From NCBI GenBank assembly GCA_964016885.1, contig OZ024754.1:15438001-15502000 (forward strand): a stretch of 64,000 nucleotides of DNA. The letters run 5' to 3'. The translations under genes were made by a program, and so were the position numbers. Shown in pieces: positions 27,699-39,779 of the stretch (the first letter of the stretch is position 1; each line of letters starts with the position of its first letter). This DNA is from Eledone cirrhosa. Taxonomy: Eukaryota. Under the pieces are notes generated by a model, which ran no database searches, was not told the origin of the DNA, and saw only the letters and a list, made by a program, of their open reading frames with translations.

Positions 27699-30171
27699 CC
27701 TCCCCACCGAAATTGATGCGACAAAAGAAGCATCGACAGCAAAGTCTCTCTGGGGGTTTACGAGTTCTCTTGGACCGTCTTCGATTGTCTGGTCTATACT
27801 CTGGAACGGGCAACAAGGTCTTGGGTCTGGTCTGTCTTGGAGTTAGTGGCACGATTTCCGAGATCTCCATCGGGTGATCTGTTGCAAATTCAAAAACAGT
27901 GTCTACTGCATCACCAGGTTCATTGTCTTCCTCAGTAGTGTACCGCGGTTGCAGCTGTTCCCAGTGTCGTTTCCACACCGGGCCATGAGGTATGACCTTA
28001 ACATTGAAGCAGCGAGTACCCAATGACTTCTTAATGATTGCTGGTACCCATCGGGGATCTTTGTCTCGGCGAGGTCCGTAGTACAGTGCATACACAGGAT
28101 CTCCAGCTTTGTACTGCCTGGTAACCTTAGCGACACCTGCCGAGTCCGGAGTAATCTGAGATTTATATGCTTCCTTAGACTGCTTGCCTTGAGCGATGTG
28201 TGCTGGCGAGGGCAGCAGAGAATCAATCCTTGTCCGTATCTGCCGGTGATTCAAAAGTTCACTCGGAGAGAATCCACTGGATGTCGGTGTTCTCCGGTAC
28301 TGCATCAAGAACTCTTGAAGTGCTCGCTTCGGCGGAAGAGAAGTCTTCCTCAGAGCTTGTTTGAAGGTCTGCACCAAACGTTCCGCTGCTCCGTTAGTAG
28401 CTGGGTGGTAAGGTGCCCCTGTCAGGTGCGTGATCCCACGTTCTTTGCACCAGCTCTGGAACTCCTCAGAAATAAAAGTTAGTGCGTTATCGGTGACTAG
28501 CGTGTGAGGAAATCCGAAGTGCGCAAAGTCTTCTTCAAGCAGATCTAAAGTGGCTCTGGAGTACGTGGATGACGTAGGATGAATGCATGGATACTTGGAA
28601 TAAGCATCCGTGATCACCAACCAATTACTGCCCATGAAATTTATTGCGTGGTCCAGGTGTAAGCGGCTCCACGGCTTTTCAGGTAACATCCATGGGTGAA
28701 CTGGAGACTTGGATTGCTGGTTTTGATGTTCACCACACGAATCACATTGTCGACTGGTTTTCTCTATAGCAGCATCGATACCAGGCCAATAAACAGCAGT
28801 TCTTGCCAATTGTTTCATGCGCTCCATGCCAAAGTGTCTGAGATGCAGAAGATTGAGGATCTTTGGCTGTAAGCTATGTGGAATCACAACTCTCGATCCA
28901 TGGATAAGGCATCCCTGGCAGATACTGAGTGAATCCGATAACTTCCGGAACTTATTGACTTCGTCATTGATCTCAGTATTCTTTGGTGGCCAGCCTTCAC
29001 GGACGTAGCGTATCACTGTAGATATCACTGGATCTTTCCCTGACTCTTGACGGAGGACGTTAGCATCGATAGGTTGGACTTGAAGACTGAGAGCTTTGAT
29101 GGCGCACACCATGTCCATGTCTTCACCATTTTCCTTCCTGTCAAAGTCGATGTCATTACCAAATGGCAAGCGACTGAGGGCATCTGCATTGCCATGATCC
29201 GCTGTTTTCCGACATTCGATGGTGTAGTCAAACTGGTTCAGCCACAGGGCCCACCGTGCTAGTCGGTTAGCAGTGAGAAGTGGCGTCCCTTTCCTCGGAC
29301 TGAACAGTGATGTCAGTGGCTTGTGGTCAGTTACGAGTATAAACTGATGTCCGTACAGATACTGATAGAACTTCTGCAAGCCAAATATGATGGCCAGGGC
29401 TTCCTTTTGAATTTGGCCGTAGTTACGCTGTGCAGAAGTAAGAGTCTTGGACACATTGGATATTCGGCGCTCGCTTCCATCAGGATAGCGATGAAACAGG
29501 ACTGCTCCAATACCAACGTTTGACGCGTCGCAAGCCAGTCTCAAAGTTTTGTTTGGATCGAAGTGTATCAGAACTCGATCCGATGAAAGCACATTTTTCA
29601 ACTGATCGAAAGCTGACTGTTCTTCATCTCCCCACTTCCAAGTAGTCGTTTTTTTCGTAAGGCAATAGACTGGCTCTGCCATGCTGGCCAGGTTTGGGAT
29701 AAACTTTCCATAGAACTGAACTGAACCCAGGAAAGACTTCAAGCTTGAGACGTTCGTTGGAGGTGGCATGTTTAAAACTGCTTCGACCTTGGATCCCTTC
29801 GCGATCGCTTCAGCCGACAGGGTGTGTCCAAGGTATTCCACACTGGGTAGTGCAAACTGGCACTTGTCACGGCGACATCTGAGTCCTTTATCGCACAGAC
29901 GTGTGAGCAGACACTTTAGGTTGTTCAGGTGATCGTTTGCATCTTTCCCAATGACGAGCATGTCGTCCTGGAAGACGGCCACACCAGGTAGATCTTGAGT
30001 CAGGTTTTCCATGATCTCCTGAAAGTAACCAGGACTTGATTCCGAAAGGGAGTCGTTCGTGCAGGAGCACCCCACGGTGAGTGCTGAGTGCAAGCCTGCG
30101 TTGACTTTCTGGAGCCAGCTTGATCTGATTATAGGCATCAGCAAGATCAATCTTTGTGTATCCGAATCCAC
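27604..30171 (-). CDS. pol: Gypsy Pol C-terminal part: RT core, RNase H, integrase (true frame starts near 30035 after a frameshift)
   Basis: PGYFQ..VAVFQDDMLV; LACDASNVGIGAVL..VTDHKPL; HLRH..CDSC; LHLDHA, VTDNA, NGAAERLVQTFK. Confidence 0.9.
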   Translation of the reverse strand: MDSDTQRLILLMPIIRSSWLQKVNAGLHSALTVGCSCTNDSLSESSPGYFQEIMENLTQDLPGVAVFQDDMLVIGKDANDHLNNLKCLLTRLCDKGLRCRRDKCQFALPSVEYLGHTLSAEAIAKGSKVEAVLNMPPPTNVSSLKSFLGSVQFYGKFIPNLASMAEPVYCLTKKTTTWKWGDEEQSAFDQLKNVLSSDRVLIHFDPNKTLRLACDASNVGIGAVLFHRYPDGSERRISNVSKTLTSAQRNYGQIQKEALAIIFGLQKFYQYLYGHQFILVTDHKPLTSLFSPRKGTPLLTANRLARWALWLNQFDYTIECRKTADHGNADALSRLPFGNDIDFDRKENGEDMDMVCAIKALSLQVQPIDANVLRQESGKDPVISTVIRYVREGWPPKNTEINDEVNKFRKLSDSLSICQGCLIHGSRVVIPHSLQPKILNLLHLRHFGMERMKQLARTAVYWPGIDAAIEKTSRQCDSCGEHQNQQSKSPVHPWMLPEKPWSRLHLDHAINFMGSNWLVITDAYSKYPCIHPTSSTYSRATLDLLEEDFAHFGFPHTLVTDNALTFISEEFQSWCKERGITHLTGAPYHPATNGAAERLVQTFKQALRKTSLPPKRALQEFLMQYRRTPTSSGFSPSELLNHRQIRTRIDSLLPSPAHIAQGKQSKEAYKSQITPDSAGVAKVTRQYKAGDPVYALYYGPRRDKDPRWVPAIIKKSLGTRCFNVKVIPHGPVWKRHWEQLQPRYTTEEDNEPGDAVDTVFEFATDHPMEISEIVPLTPRQTRPKTLLPVPEYRPDNRRRSKRTRKPPERLCCRCFFCRINFGGEVLHGLGIELTTSLLYGLLNFYSIYTCSHICI

Positions 30172-31990
30172 CTCCGAGTTTCTGCATCAGTTCCTCTGGG
30201 AGTGGCATTGGATGACGATGATCTGCAAGTTGGTCATTAATTCCCACAGAGTAGTCACCACAAATCCGTAGTTTGGGCTTCAGGTTGCCTGAAGTATGTG
30301 CTTTACGAATCGGTACCACTGGCGTTCCGTATTCGTTGAACTGTATTGGCTTCCAGATTCCTTTGGCGATGCCTTCTTCGTAACCTTTGGCCAGGTCATC
30401 ACGAAGAGAAAACGGGACCGGGCGTGCCTTGTGAAAGACCGGTGTCGCGTCCGACTTGAACTTCACTTCCAGTTCGAAGTCATTAAGACATCCCAATTCT
30501 TGCTTGAAGAGATCTGGGAATTCATCACACATGTTGTGACAATCTCGTTGCATGGAAATATAGGGCTCATTTGAGGTCTTTGGATGCATCACTTCTGCAC
30601 CCTCACTCTTGGCCTGGCTGTCTATGCTTTTCAATCCTAGAGCATTGTCCACGGAAATTCCCAGAGTCTGGATAGCGTTTCGTCCCAGCAAATTAAGATC
30701 AGGGATCTTGGTGACGATGTAGGGTATTGAATTCCGTTTACCGGTCGTTGGATCCTTGGTTTGGCCCATGGAAGTTCCCAGAACGGGCAGGTCGTGCTTG
30801 CTGGCAGATTCAAACCGATGTTTGACATCTTGCAGCTTCGGTTTTCCTAATTGTTTCCAAACTGACAAGGAAACAAAATTGCCTGTAGTAGCTGTGTCCA
30901 ATTCCATTGTGAAAAGTCTGTTCTGGATTGTTATTGGCACATTCAAACTATGAGTATCGTGGGGAACTTCACCAAGGATTGCCTTGACTAGCTCAGCTTT
31001 CGTGATTCTTTTCACGTAATTCTGTGAATGATGATTACGTTGCTGATGTTGTTTCTTTCTACACACCGCTTGCAAATGTCCCTTTTTGTCACAAAAATGA
31101 CATTTGGCTTCTTTGAAGGGGCAGTCTGTCGCTTTGTGGGCCTTTCCACATCGGTAGCACATCTCCTGGTCTGTGGAATAAGACTGCTGCTGGTTCTTTC
31201 GAGGACCCTTGTTCTTGTTCTGCTGGACCTTGTAGACATGCTTGGTTTTGGAACCGTAAACAGTTTCCTTGGCAACCTTTGCTGCGTCTTCGGTCCCGAT
31301 GGCAACTTGGACAGCACGGGCGAAATCTAGTTCTGTATCCTTGATCTTGAAAATAGCCTTCAACACAGCTTCATTATTGACAGAACATATAAATCTCTGT
31401 CTTAGAGCTTCATCTTGTGGATTTGTGATCGAAGGAAAATCACAGGTAGCTGCATCCTGACGTATACGTGCTGCCAGCTCCTGGAGAGTTTCGCCTGGCT
31501 TCCGTTGCATGTCACTCCAGAACTTGAAACGTTCTCTCACAATGAAAAGTTTTGGGTCGAACTGTTCTTTCATGAAGTCAACAATTTCGTCCATTGTCAA
31601 CTTGTTGATATTCTTAGGCGGATTTTGTTGAGCAGCCAGATTTTCAAGTTGTTTGTAGATAGCAGCCGTCTGATTAGTCAGGAACACTTGTGCCATGCGT
31701 TGCTCGGGTACAGCGTTAGCAGCCACAAACGTGCAGAATCTTGACCAGTAATCAGGCCATAGTTCTGTTGTTGAATCAAAAGCAGCAAATGGTGGGATGA
31801 ATGCTGTTGGTGTCGAAGCAACTGGCGACGCCAATAAACTCTGTTGTTCAGAATCTCGAGCACCAAACAGTTTTATCAGAGTGTCCATATCTTTCTTGTG
31901 TTGTTGCATTTGCTACGACGCCAATAAACTCTGTTGTTCCATCTGTTCTCTAAACAACTTTATTAGCTCCGCTGTTTGTTGTTCCGCCAT
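29888..31990 (-). CDS. gag: Gypsy Gag-protease-RT N-part (probable start 31990, in-frame TAG at 31913-31915; longest open part 29888..31909)
   Basis: Zinc knuckles CYRCGKAHKATDC and CHFCDKKGHLQAVC; protease MELDTAT..NLLGRN; RT LRICGDY, KIDLADAYNQI, LPFGI. Confidence 0.88.
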
Positions 31991-32012
31991 GTTTTTATGA
32001 TAAACAATTTCC

Positions 32013-32170
32013 CGGCAATGTAGGTAAATCCTATCGGCAATGTAGGTAAATCCTATCGGCAATGTAGGTAAATCCTACCGGCAATGTAGGTAAATCCTAC
32101 CGGCAATGTAGGTAAATCCTATCGGCAATGTAGGTAAATCCTATCGGCAATGTAGGTAAATCTTATCGGC
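32013..32170. repeat. 22-bp tandem repeat (~7 copies) in the gypsy leader
   Basis: CGGCAATGTAGGTAAATCCTA(T/C); period 32014 to 32036. Confidence 0.92.
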
Positions 32171-32185
32171 GACGCCAATAAACTC

Positions 32186-32441
32186 TGTTGTATTCCTCTC
32201 GGTACTCGCAGAGCAAACACAGCGAGTTATATCAAATAATTTGTGTAATTTGCGAAACAACCAAAATGCCCCTCCTCGCAGTAGCAGAATAACATAAAGT
32301 AAGTAGCAGTCTGTGACCGAGTTTTTAATACCAACGCTGATTGACTGCCCAGGTCACGTGATTCATATGCAAATGTGTGAGCACGTGTAAATTGAATAGA
32401 AATTTAACAGGTTGTGAGTTCGATTCCCAGTCCATACAACA
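32186..32441 (-). repeat. 5' LTR
   Basis: TGTTGTATTCC...CCATACAACA, followed by TSD GTAAG. Confidence 0.92.
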
Positions 32442-34196
32442 GTAAGGAAGTCCAAAATCTCACCACACCAAACGAAAGGAATGACTTCATGAGCGTCATC
32501 CGACGTGAAACGAAATACGCCCGAAACGAATGCAATAGGCATTTCAATAAGAAATTAGAATGGATGAATAAGAAAAAACTACAAGAAAGGAAAATAGAAT
32601 ATTATCAAAAATACCCAGATAACATCAACAATATCCGTATGACTGATGTAAAACTACCGGAAGAATTTACCAATGACCACACCGTAAATATTTATGGGAA
32701 CACTTTAATCAGTGAACAACAACAACAAATCCTGCAGCTACCACCAAAATTTGCCATCTACAAAAAGATTAACACTATTGAGTGCAAAACGGAGCTGGAA
32801 AAGTGTTTCACAAAAATACATTGGAATGCAAAAGTAAACAACAACAACAACAATAATAACGGTAGTAGTAATATAAACAATAACTCTGAGTATAGAAATA
32901 ACAGCCATAACAATAACAATTGCAGGAGAGTGAGAAATAGTAATAATGGTAATAATACTAACGATAGACATAACAACAACAACAACCACAATAATAATAA
33001 TAATAGAAACATTAACCACAGACAGCAGCAGCGACCACAGTAGTAATAACGGTAACAATACGAACAACAACAACAATAGCCACAGTGGTAATAATGGAAA
33101 TAATACATGTAGCAACATTAATGATAGACACAACAAAAACAAGAAACATAATAAAAGTAACAACCACAATGGTAGAAATAACAGTAACAACAACAATAAC
33201 GGTGAAGAAAACAACAACAATACATCTAACAATACATCTAGCAATCATAACAACAATACATCTAACAATCACAGCAACAATACATCTAGCAATCATAACA
33301 ACAATACATCTAACAATCACAGCAACAATACATCTAGCAATCATAACAATAATAATAATGCTAATGATAGGAACAACAACAACCACCATGATAACAACAA
33401 TAGCAACACACACAACTATGACGATAGATATAATGACAACCCCTTAGAGAAACTATTTTTCAACCCAGCTGACAAAACATATAAGATGGGTAATATCTAT
33501 CCTACGAGGTTACCCTTTAATAAAAGAGTTTGCATACCACAACAAATTGATGACGAGACAGAGGCACAGTTCACCATAGCTAGAAATAAGGTTAGACAAA
33601 TAGTAGACCGGTATACTAAGAGACAGAGCAGACCAGAGGCCCAACAACTTGGGAGGAAACCTGTAGAAGGCTTGGTTAGCCTCAAGCAGCGCACAAGGGA
33701 TGGTGAGGTAGTATGTCTACCCACGGATAAGTCTGGTAGGATGTCAATAGATAGCATGCCGAACTACATCAAGGCTATGCAACCCCATCATCACCAACAC
33801 GAGCGAAATTGCACAGCAAACACATGATGGGAGAGAGAAAATCCTCAACGCTCACATGATGATGTTGACTGACATCCTAAAGCCAAGCAGACGCACTGCC
33901 AACAACTTCCAGGCGTCTAACAATAGCATACCACCCTTGTATGGGCTCCGCAAAGACCACAAGACAGTCGACGACCCGACAACAGGACCACCAACAAGAC
34001 CCGTATGCGGAGCTAATATAGCTAAAAACTACAGGATCTCTTACTTCCTCTCAATGGTTATACGCCCCATAATCAAGATGTCCCCAGATGTATGTGACAG
34101 TACGATTAGAATTGGTGATTTTAGACTTCATTGATGGGCAGCAAGAGTAACTAATTTAGTTACTCTTGCTGATTTAGTTACTCTTGCTGCCCATCA

Positions 34197-34715
34197 ATGA
34201 AGTCTAAAATCACCAATTCTAATCGTACGAGAATAAATCCAGGATGCAGTTGCAGGAAGCCGGATGAATGCCCATTACAGGGCAAATGTAATACCAAATC
34301 CGTTGTATATGAGGCCAAAGTGACACCTTTTGTTAACAACCAGCCAGCCAGGAGTGAACGATATGTTGGCATGACTCAGGACAGGTTCAAAACCAGGTTT
34401 TATGCGCATGTCGCTTCTTTTAAACACTCTGATAAAAGAACAGCAACGGCTCTCGCAAATAAGGTTTGGGAATTCAAAGATAAAAACATCCCGTACTCTA
34501 TCGATTGGTCTATTTTAGACCATTGGAAGGAATATCAAAGGGGCACAAACAATTGTTCTTTGTGTACCACTGGAAAATTTAGAATTCTACAAAATGTGAA
34601 AGCCACTTCAACTTGCCTGAACTCCAAGACCGAGATCTTCAGATGTTGTCCTCACCTGAAATCACATCTGCTCTGTAAGTGGATTGACATTCCTACGATG
34701 ACTCAACCACCTTGA
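34197..34715 (+). CDS. GIY-YIG endonuclease domain of a 5'-truncated PLE
   Basis: CSCRKPDECPLQGKC..VVYEA..YVGMT..FKTRFYAH..TALANKVWEFK..CSLC..LNSKTEI..CPH; the 5' junction is a fold-back (34100-34155/34172-34228). Confidence 0.85.
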   Translation: MKSKITNSNRTRINPGCSCRKPDECPLQGKCNTKSVVYEAKVTPFVNNQPARSERYVGMTQDRFKTRFYAHVASFKHSDKRTATALANKVWEFKDKNIPYSIDWSILDHWKEYQRGTNNCSLCTTGKFRILQNVKATSTCLNSKTEIFRCCPHLKSHLLCKWIDIPTMTQPP

Positions 34716-35003
34716 ACTTCTTCTCTGCTCTTTACGCCTTACATCCACTACGATTTTTATTACTCTCTGAACTCACTTTCTGTACCCTTATATTCTTGTT
34801 CTCCCTTATCTCCCCTTATATTTAAACTTTTTCCTATGTTATTTATTTTCCTTATTCCCCCCTACTTTTTACCTTACCCTTTACATACCCACCTTTTTTA
34901 TTTATAGATATTTATTTCTGTGTATGTATGTATTGTGTATATATGTATATATATATATGTATGTATATATGTGTATATAATTATATATATCTATATGTAT
35001 GTG

Positions 35004-35034
<31 letters not shown>

Positions 35035-35115
35035 TTATATGTGTGTGTGTGTATTTTTATTATCGTGGTGATGTAACTTTTTGTATATATGTGTGTGTGT
35101 GTATTAGTGTGTGTG

Positions 35116-35279
<164 letters not shown>

Positions 35280-35610
35280 AGCCGTCGAAACGGCTTGAGC
35301 TCTGCCGTCGGGGTGATACTTTTTCCTATATATATAAATATATGTGTGTGTGTATATTTGTAAGATTATGTGTGTATGTATATATGTGTATGTATATGCA
35401 TAATTACATACAGAGTGATTTAATGTTTATTTTCATTGATTATTTGCTCCAGGTGCATATTGAGTGCTCTAAATCAGCTATAAACATTTATACCTTTATC
35501 TATTTATTTATTTATTATTTGTCGTATTCCCAACTATTTGTTTACCGCTTCCACCTTTATATTTTTATATATATACAATATTTATGTATTATATATATAT
35601 ATATATATAT

Positions 35611-35727
<117 letters not shown>

Positions 35728-35992
35728 AATGAAACGAAATTTCATTTCTCAGTCTTAGTACGGCTGTTACTTAAATGTAAGTATTATGTATACGTACATA
35801 CATATATGTATACAGACGTATAGTAGTATGTATATACATACATGCACACATATATATATATGTACGTATTGGTTTACCGAACATTTATTATAATGTTCGG
35901 TTTGTTTGTTTGTAAACAAACAAACAGCCCGAATTACGCCGTACAGTGTTCAAGCAACCATCGTCGCCCTTTTGTTCAACACTGACACAGGA

Positions 35993-36035
35993 ACGATGTA
36001 CTAGTTTCAAGCTTATTAGCTATCGTCAGCATCGT
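35993..36035 (-). ncRNA. Minimal type I hammerhead ribozyme
   Basis: Reverse complement of the 36342-36384 motif. Confidence 0.8.
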
Positions 36036-36341
36036 ATACCTTTCTGCCAGATGATTGAACGTTTGAAAGTATATACTTTCCTTATGCATATTAACGGCTG
36101 AGCAGCCTAATTTGCATACATACTTACATTTGTATACATACATACATACATACATACATACATTTAAATATCAGCCGTACTAACAGTGAGAAATGAAATT
36201 TCGTTTCATTCTTTTCCATTTATCGTGTTCGGTGCGCCCGGCCGACTAACTCACTCGATATGCAAATTAGGCTGCTCAGCCGTTAATATGCATAAGGAAA
36301 GTATATACTTTCAAACGTTCAATCATCTGGCAGAAAGGTAT

Positions 36342-36384
36342 ACGATGCTGACGATAGCTAATAAGCTTGAAACTAGTACATCGT
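36342..36384 (+). ncRNA. Minimal type I hammerhead ribozyme
   Basis: ACGATG-CTGACGA-t-AGCT-aata-AGCT-t-GAAA-CTAG-TA-CATCGT; stem I 6 bp; palindromic stem III ACTAGT. Confidence 0.8.
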
Positions 36385-36594
36385 TCCCGTGTCAGAGTTG
36401 AACAAAAGGGCGACGATGGTTGCCGAGCACTGTACGGTGTATTTCGGGCTGATTGTTTACAAACAAACCGAACATTATAATAAATGTTCGGTAAACCGAT
36501 ACGTACATATATATATGTGTGCATGTATGTATATATATACATACTACTGTACGTCTGTATACATATATGTATGTACGTATACATACATACTTAC

Positions 36595-36658
<64 letters not shown>

Positions 36659-36789
36659 GTGTGTGTATATATGTGTGTGTGTATGTATATATTTATATGT
36701 ATGTATGTGTATGTGTATATGTGTGTATTGCTTACCACGTGTGTTTGTTATTTATGTTTATGTCCTTTCCTGTATCGCTGTCAACTTAG

Positions 36790-36958
36790 TAATTGTTTCT
36801 ACTTTAGGCACAAGGCCAGCAATTATCCAGTGCATTACTGATACTTTATTTTATCGACCCCGTAAGGATGAAAGGCAAAGTCAATCTCGGCGGAATTTGA
36901 ACTCGGATCGTAAAGGGACGTAACTATGCTGGAAAGCATGGCGTCCGACCCTCTACCT
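36790..36958 (-). mobile_element. SINE copy
   Basis: Reverse complement of the 18503-family consensus. Confidence 0.8.
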
Positions 36959-37116
36959 CTATCTTTTTTTTTTTTGTATGTGACGGCCTATTGCATTATA
37001 TGGTTGTTCATTGTTTTTTATTTTTTCTTATAATTAATTGTGTGTGTGCGTATGTAGGTGTATATATATCTATATATGTGTGTGCGTATGTATGCGTGTA
37101 TATATATGTGTGTATG

Positions 37117-37202
<86 letters not shown>

Positions 37203-37207
<5 letters not shown>

Positions 37208-37340
37208 ATAATAATAAAATTGAAGACTAAAATCCAAAGAGGGCTCGATAAGGAAAATATATATCAAATATATAAGAACCGTAGAGCAAATATTTATTAA
37301 ATATGTTATTTTAATAAATCTGTTATTTTAATAAATATAT
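37203..37340. repeat. (TA)n-flanked dispersed repeat, probable PLE tail; related copies at 51855-52360 and 63822-64000
   Basis: AGTAATAATAATAAAATTGAAGACTAAAATCCAAAGAGGGCTCGATAAGG occurs three times, always next to (TA)n. Confidence 0.65.
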
Positions 37341-37622
37341 ATATATATATATATGTTTGTGTATTTATGTGTATGTGTATGTATGGATATATATATATAT
37401 ACATATATGTATGTGTATATATGTGTGTGTATATATATATATATATAAATATGTGTGTGTGTATGTATATGTGTGTGTGCGTGTGCGTCTGTGTGTGTGC
37501 ATGTGTGTTTATGTACTTTTATATTTATTCTTTTTCCTTTCCTTCTTCCTTTTCCAGCCTCACTTTCATATATATTATATTTTTGCTTTTAAAATCCACT
37601 GTCAATAAATACAGCAGGATTT

Positions 37623-37683
37623 TTTCATTCTGATGACTGAAAGCAAATTTTGTTTGCTTTCAAGAAACCACTGGTAAATGAAA
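37623..37683 (+). ncRNA. Type I hammerhead ribozyme
   Basis: TTTCATT-CTGATGA-c-TGAAAGCAAA-ttttg-TTTGCTTTCA-a-GAAA-CCACTGG-TA-AATGAAA; all three stems pair; ~35 bp upstream of a (TA)n tract. Confidence 0.85.
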
Positions 37684-37712
37684 TAATTACCTTATGTTGT
37701 TTATTACATAAC

Positions 37713-37792
<80 letters not shown>

Positions 37793-39485
37793 AGCATTAG
37801 AATTAGAAACCAGGACTATCCATCATCAGTAGTCTACTAACCATCATAGGTATTTCTTCGCATTACAGACCATATACCTCCGCTAGGGCAATACAATAAC
37901 TAGATTAAGTTATTGGGATAAAAAGAGTTGGGTGGTATGAAATCGATCCAACAGAAGTGAAAGTAAATATATTCATCATGAAAGCCAATGGCAACTAGTT
38001 TGAAAAGAACTTTTTCAACATCTCTCAGCTATCATTCGGCAGCAATAGGTTTTTGACAGAAGGGACGGCAACGCCGAACAGCATATGCAATGATACAACC
38101 AAAACTTCTGTGTATACGGAAGCCATAACTCTGAAGATACTTCTATGTGAAAACTGTGGTACACTGTAAGGAAACATCATTGACATAAGCAACAGAATCC
38201 GACATCGTAAGGTTTAATCAGTTGACTGCCGTGTATATTTTATATAGTTACATTTACTGTGCCGGGTAGTTGTTTTTCTTCAGTAAAATGACTATTTTGA
38301 TTGACAAATGTCTCATCAATAAACTATGAACCCCATCTAGCTTTGAAATTATGAACTGTGGGAAAGGAGTTCCTAACTTTGAAGTTATGAACTGTTGGAA
38401 ACGAGTTGAAATATGTTAGGACAAGTTATCTCCCCTACGGCACTGAAGAGATTAAATTCGCTGTTCAGCAACTACATTTTATATAGGAAATATTAACTCG
38501 TACGCTGGAATGGATGGACGAGAATTTTTACACTGGAAACTCTTAAAGAAGAGATTATCTTTAACACATAAACTGAGGTATGTAAATAGATAGATACATA
38601 GATAGATATTGAGATGAAGGAATGAAAGAGTTGTCTGAGGTAAAGATAGAATTGAGTGTGTGTGCGTGCTTGTGTGGGTGGGTGTGTGTGGCGCAATAAT
38701 CAACAAATGATGAGCGATCTTTCTAACCAATGGAACTCTATATCGTAGCCCCTCTTCAGCCATGAATTACCTTGTGTTTGCACCTACAAAGTCTCTTCCG
38801 AGGCACAAATCCGGGCAGGGTTGTTCGTGAAAAACTAGCAGTTGCCCATGTGTGCCAATTTTACCTCACCATACCACCGATGTTGTCCAAAGAAAGTCAA
38901 AAGCCGACACAGTGAAGACGCAAGTCATTTCTACAGCTGAGTGAACTGGAGCAACTTGAAATAAAGTGCGTTGCTAAAGACACGAAACACCGCCCTATCC
39001 TGGAATCAAACTCATAACCGCATGATTGGGAGCTCTATGCCCTAACCACTAAGTCATGTGCCTTCACTAAAGCTATATATATTCACATAACATCTGGTTT
39101 CCTACTTTAACAGATCATTTTATTTGAGACATTAATTAGTTCTGTATTCATCAGGGTTAAACAGAATACAGAGGATCCGTTTAAAATATAGTGCCTTTTA
39201 CAAGGACACAACACGCTGCTGGGAATCTAATTCACGACCTAACTATTATGATCCGAATACTCTATCCTGGAAACCATTTGTTTTCACATATATTAAATAC
39301 TGATATCTTTACATATCACAAAAAGTATTTGTCTGTTTATATACGTCTTGCATGAAAACAGTTATGCTGCCCTGTGTTTTGGTTAGCGGTAAAAGTACAA
39401 ATTGCTTCATATTTATCTTCTAATAACACAGAGCTGGTCTACATATTTACATATCATTTCCACCTTTCTGTCTATCCTCCTTACT

Positions 39486-39533
<48 letters not shown>

Positions 39534-39580
39534 ACCCCCTCACTCACACGCATACATATGGTCACATACAGACACATATA

Positions 39581-39622
<42 letters not shown>

Positions 39623-39691
39623 TATGAAGAGAGAAGAAACATTTAGATATAATTAGTAATAAAATGTATCATACCTAAACTGTTCCTAAAT

Positions 39692-39779
39692 TCCTCGACT
39701 ACGTAGTTTCGTGGCATAAACAAAAACAATATATCAAAGATATAGAGTCCTTGCGAGGTCTGCCGACTTATCAAGAGGA
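39692..39779 (-). ncRNA. Variant hammerhead ribozyme (U3-A8 core)
   Basis: Reverse complement of 40473-40560. Confidence 0.7.

Larger units (their letters stand above)
27427..32441 (-). mobile_element. Full-length Ty3/gypsy LTR retrotransposon (Mag-like)
   Basis: LTRs 27427-27698 and 32186-32441 with TG...CA ends; 5-bp TSD GTAAG (27422-27426, 32442-32446); polypurine tract GGTGGGGAGG beside the 3' LTR; PBS-like TGGCGTCGCCG after the 5' LTR; domain order gag-PR-RT-RH-IN. Confidence 0.96.
27375..34103 (+). pseudogene. Penelope-like RT N-terminal region with Asn-rich insert, interrupted by the gypsy element
   Basis: Frame is open across the gypsy TSD (YHTQKSTNFYRQKRINGK-EVQNL); LQLPPKF (32414..33043), VVCLPTDKSGRM (32946..33827), PLYGLRKDHK..PTRPVCGA (33856..34134); frameshifted and 3'-truncated. 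Confidence 0.7.

Noticed and set aside
32447-34134. Selenocysteine-recoding PLE
   Set aside because: Disruptions are frameshifts; I saw no in-frame TGA at Cys-like positions and no SECIS.
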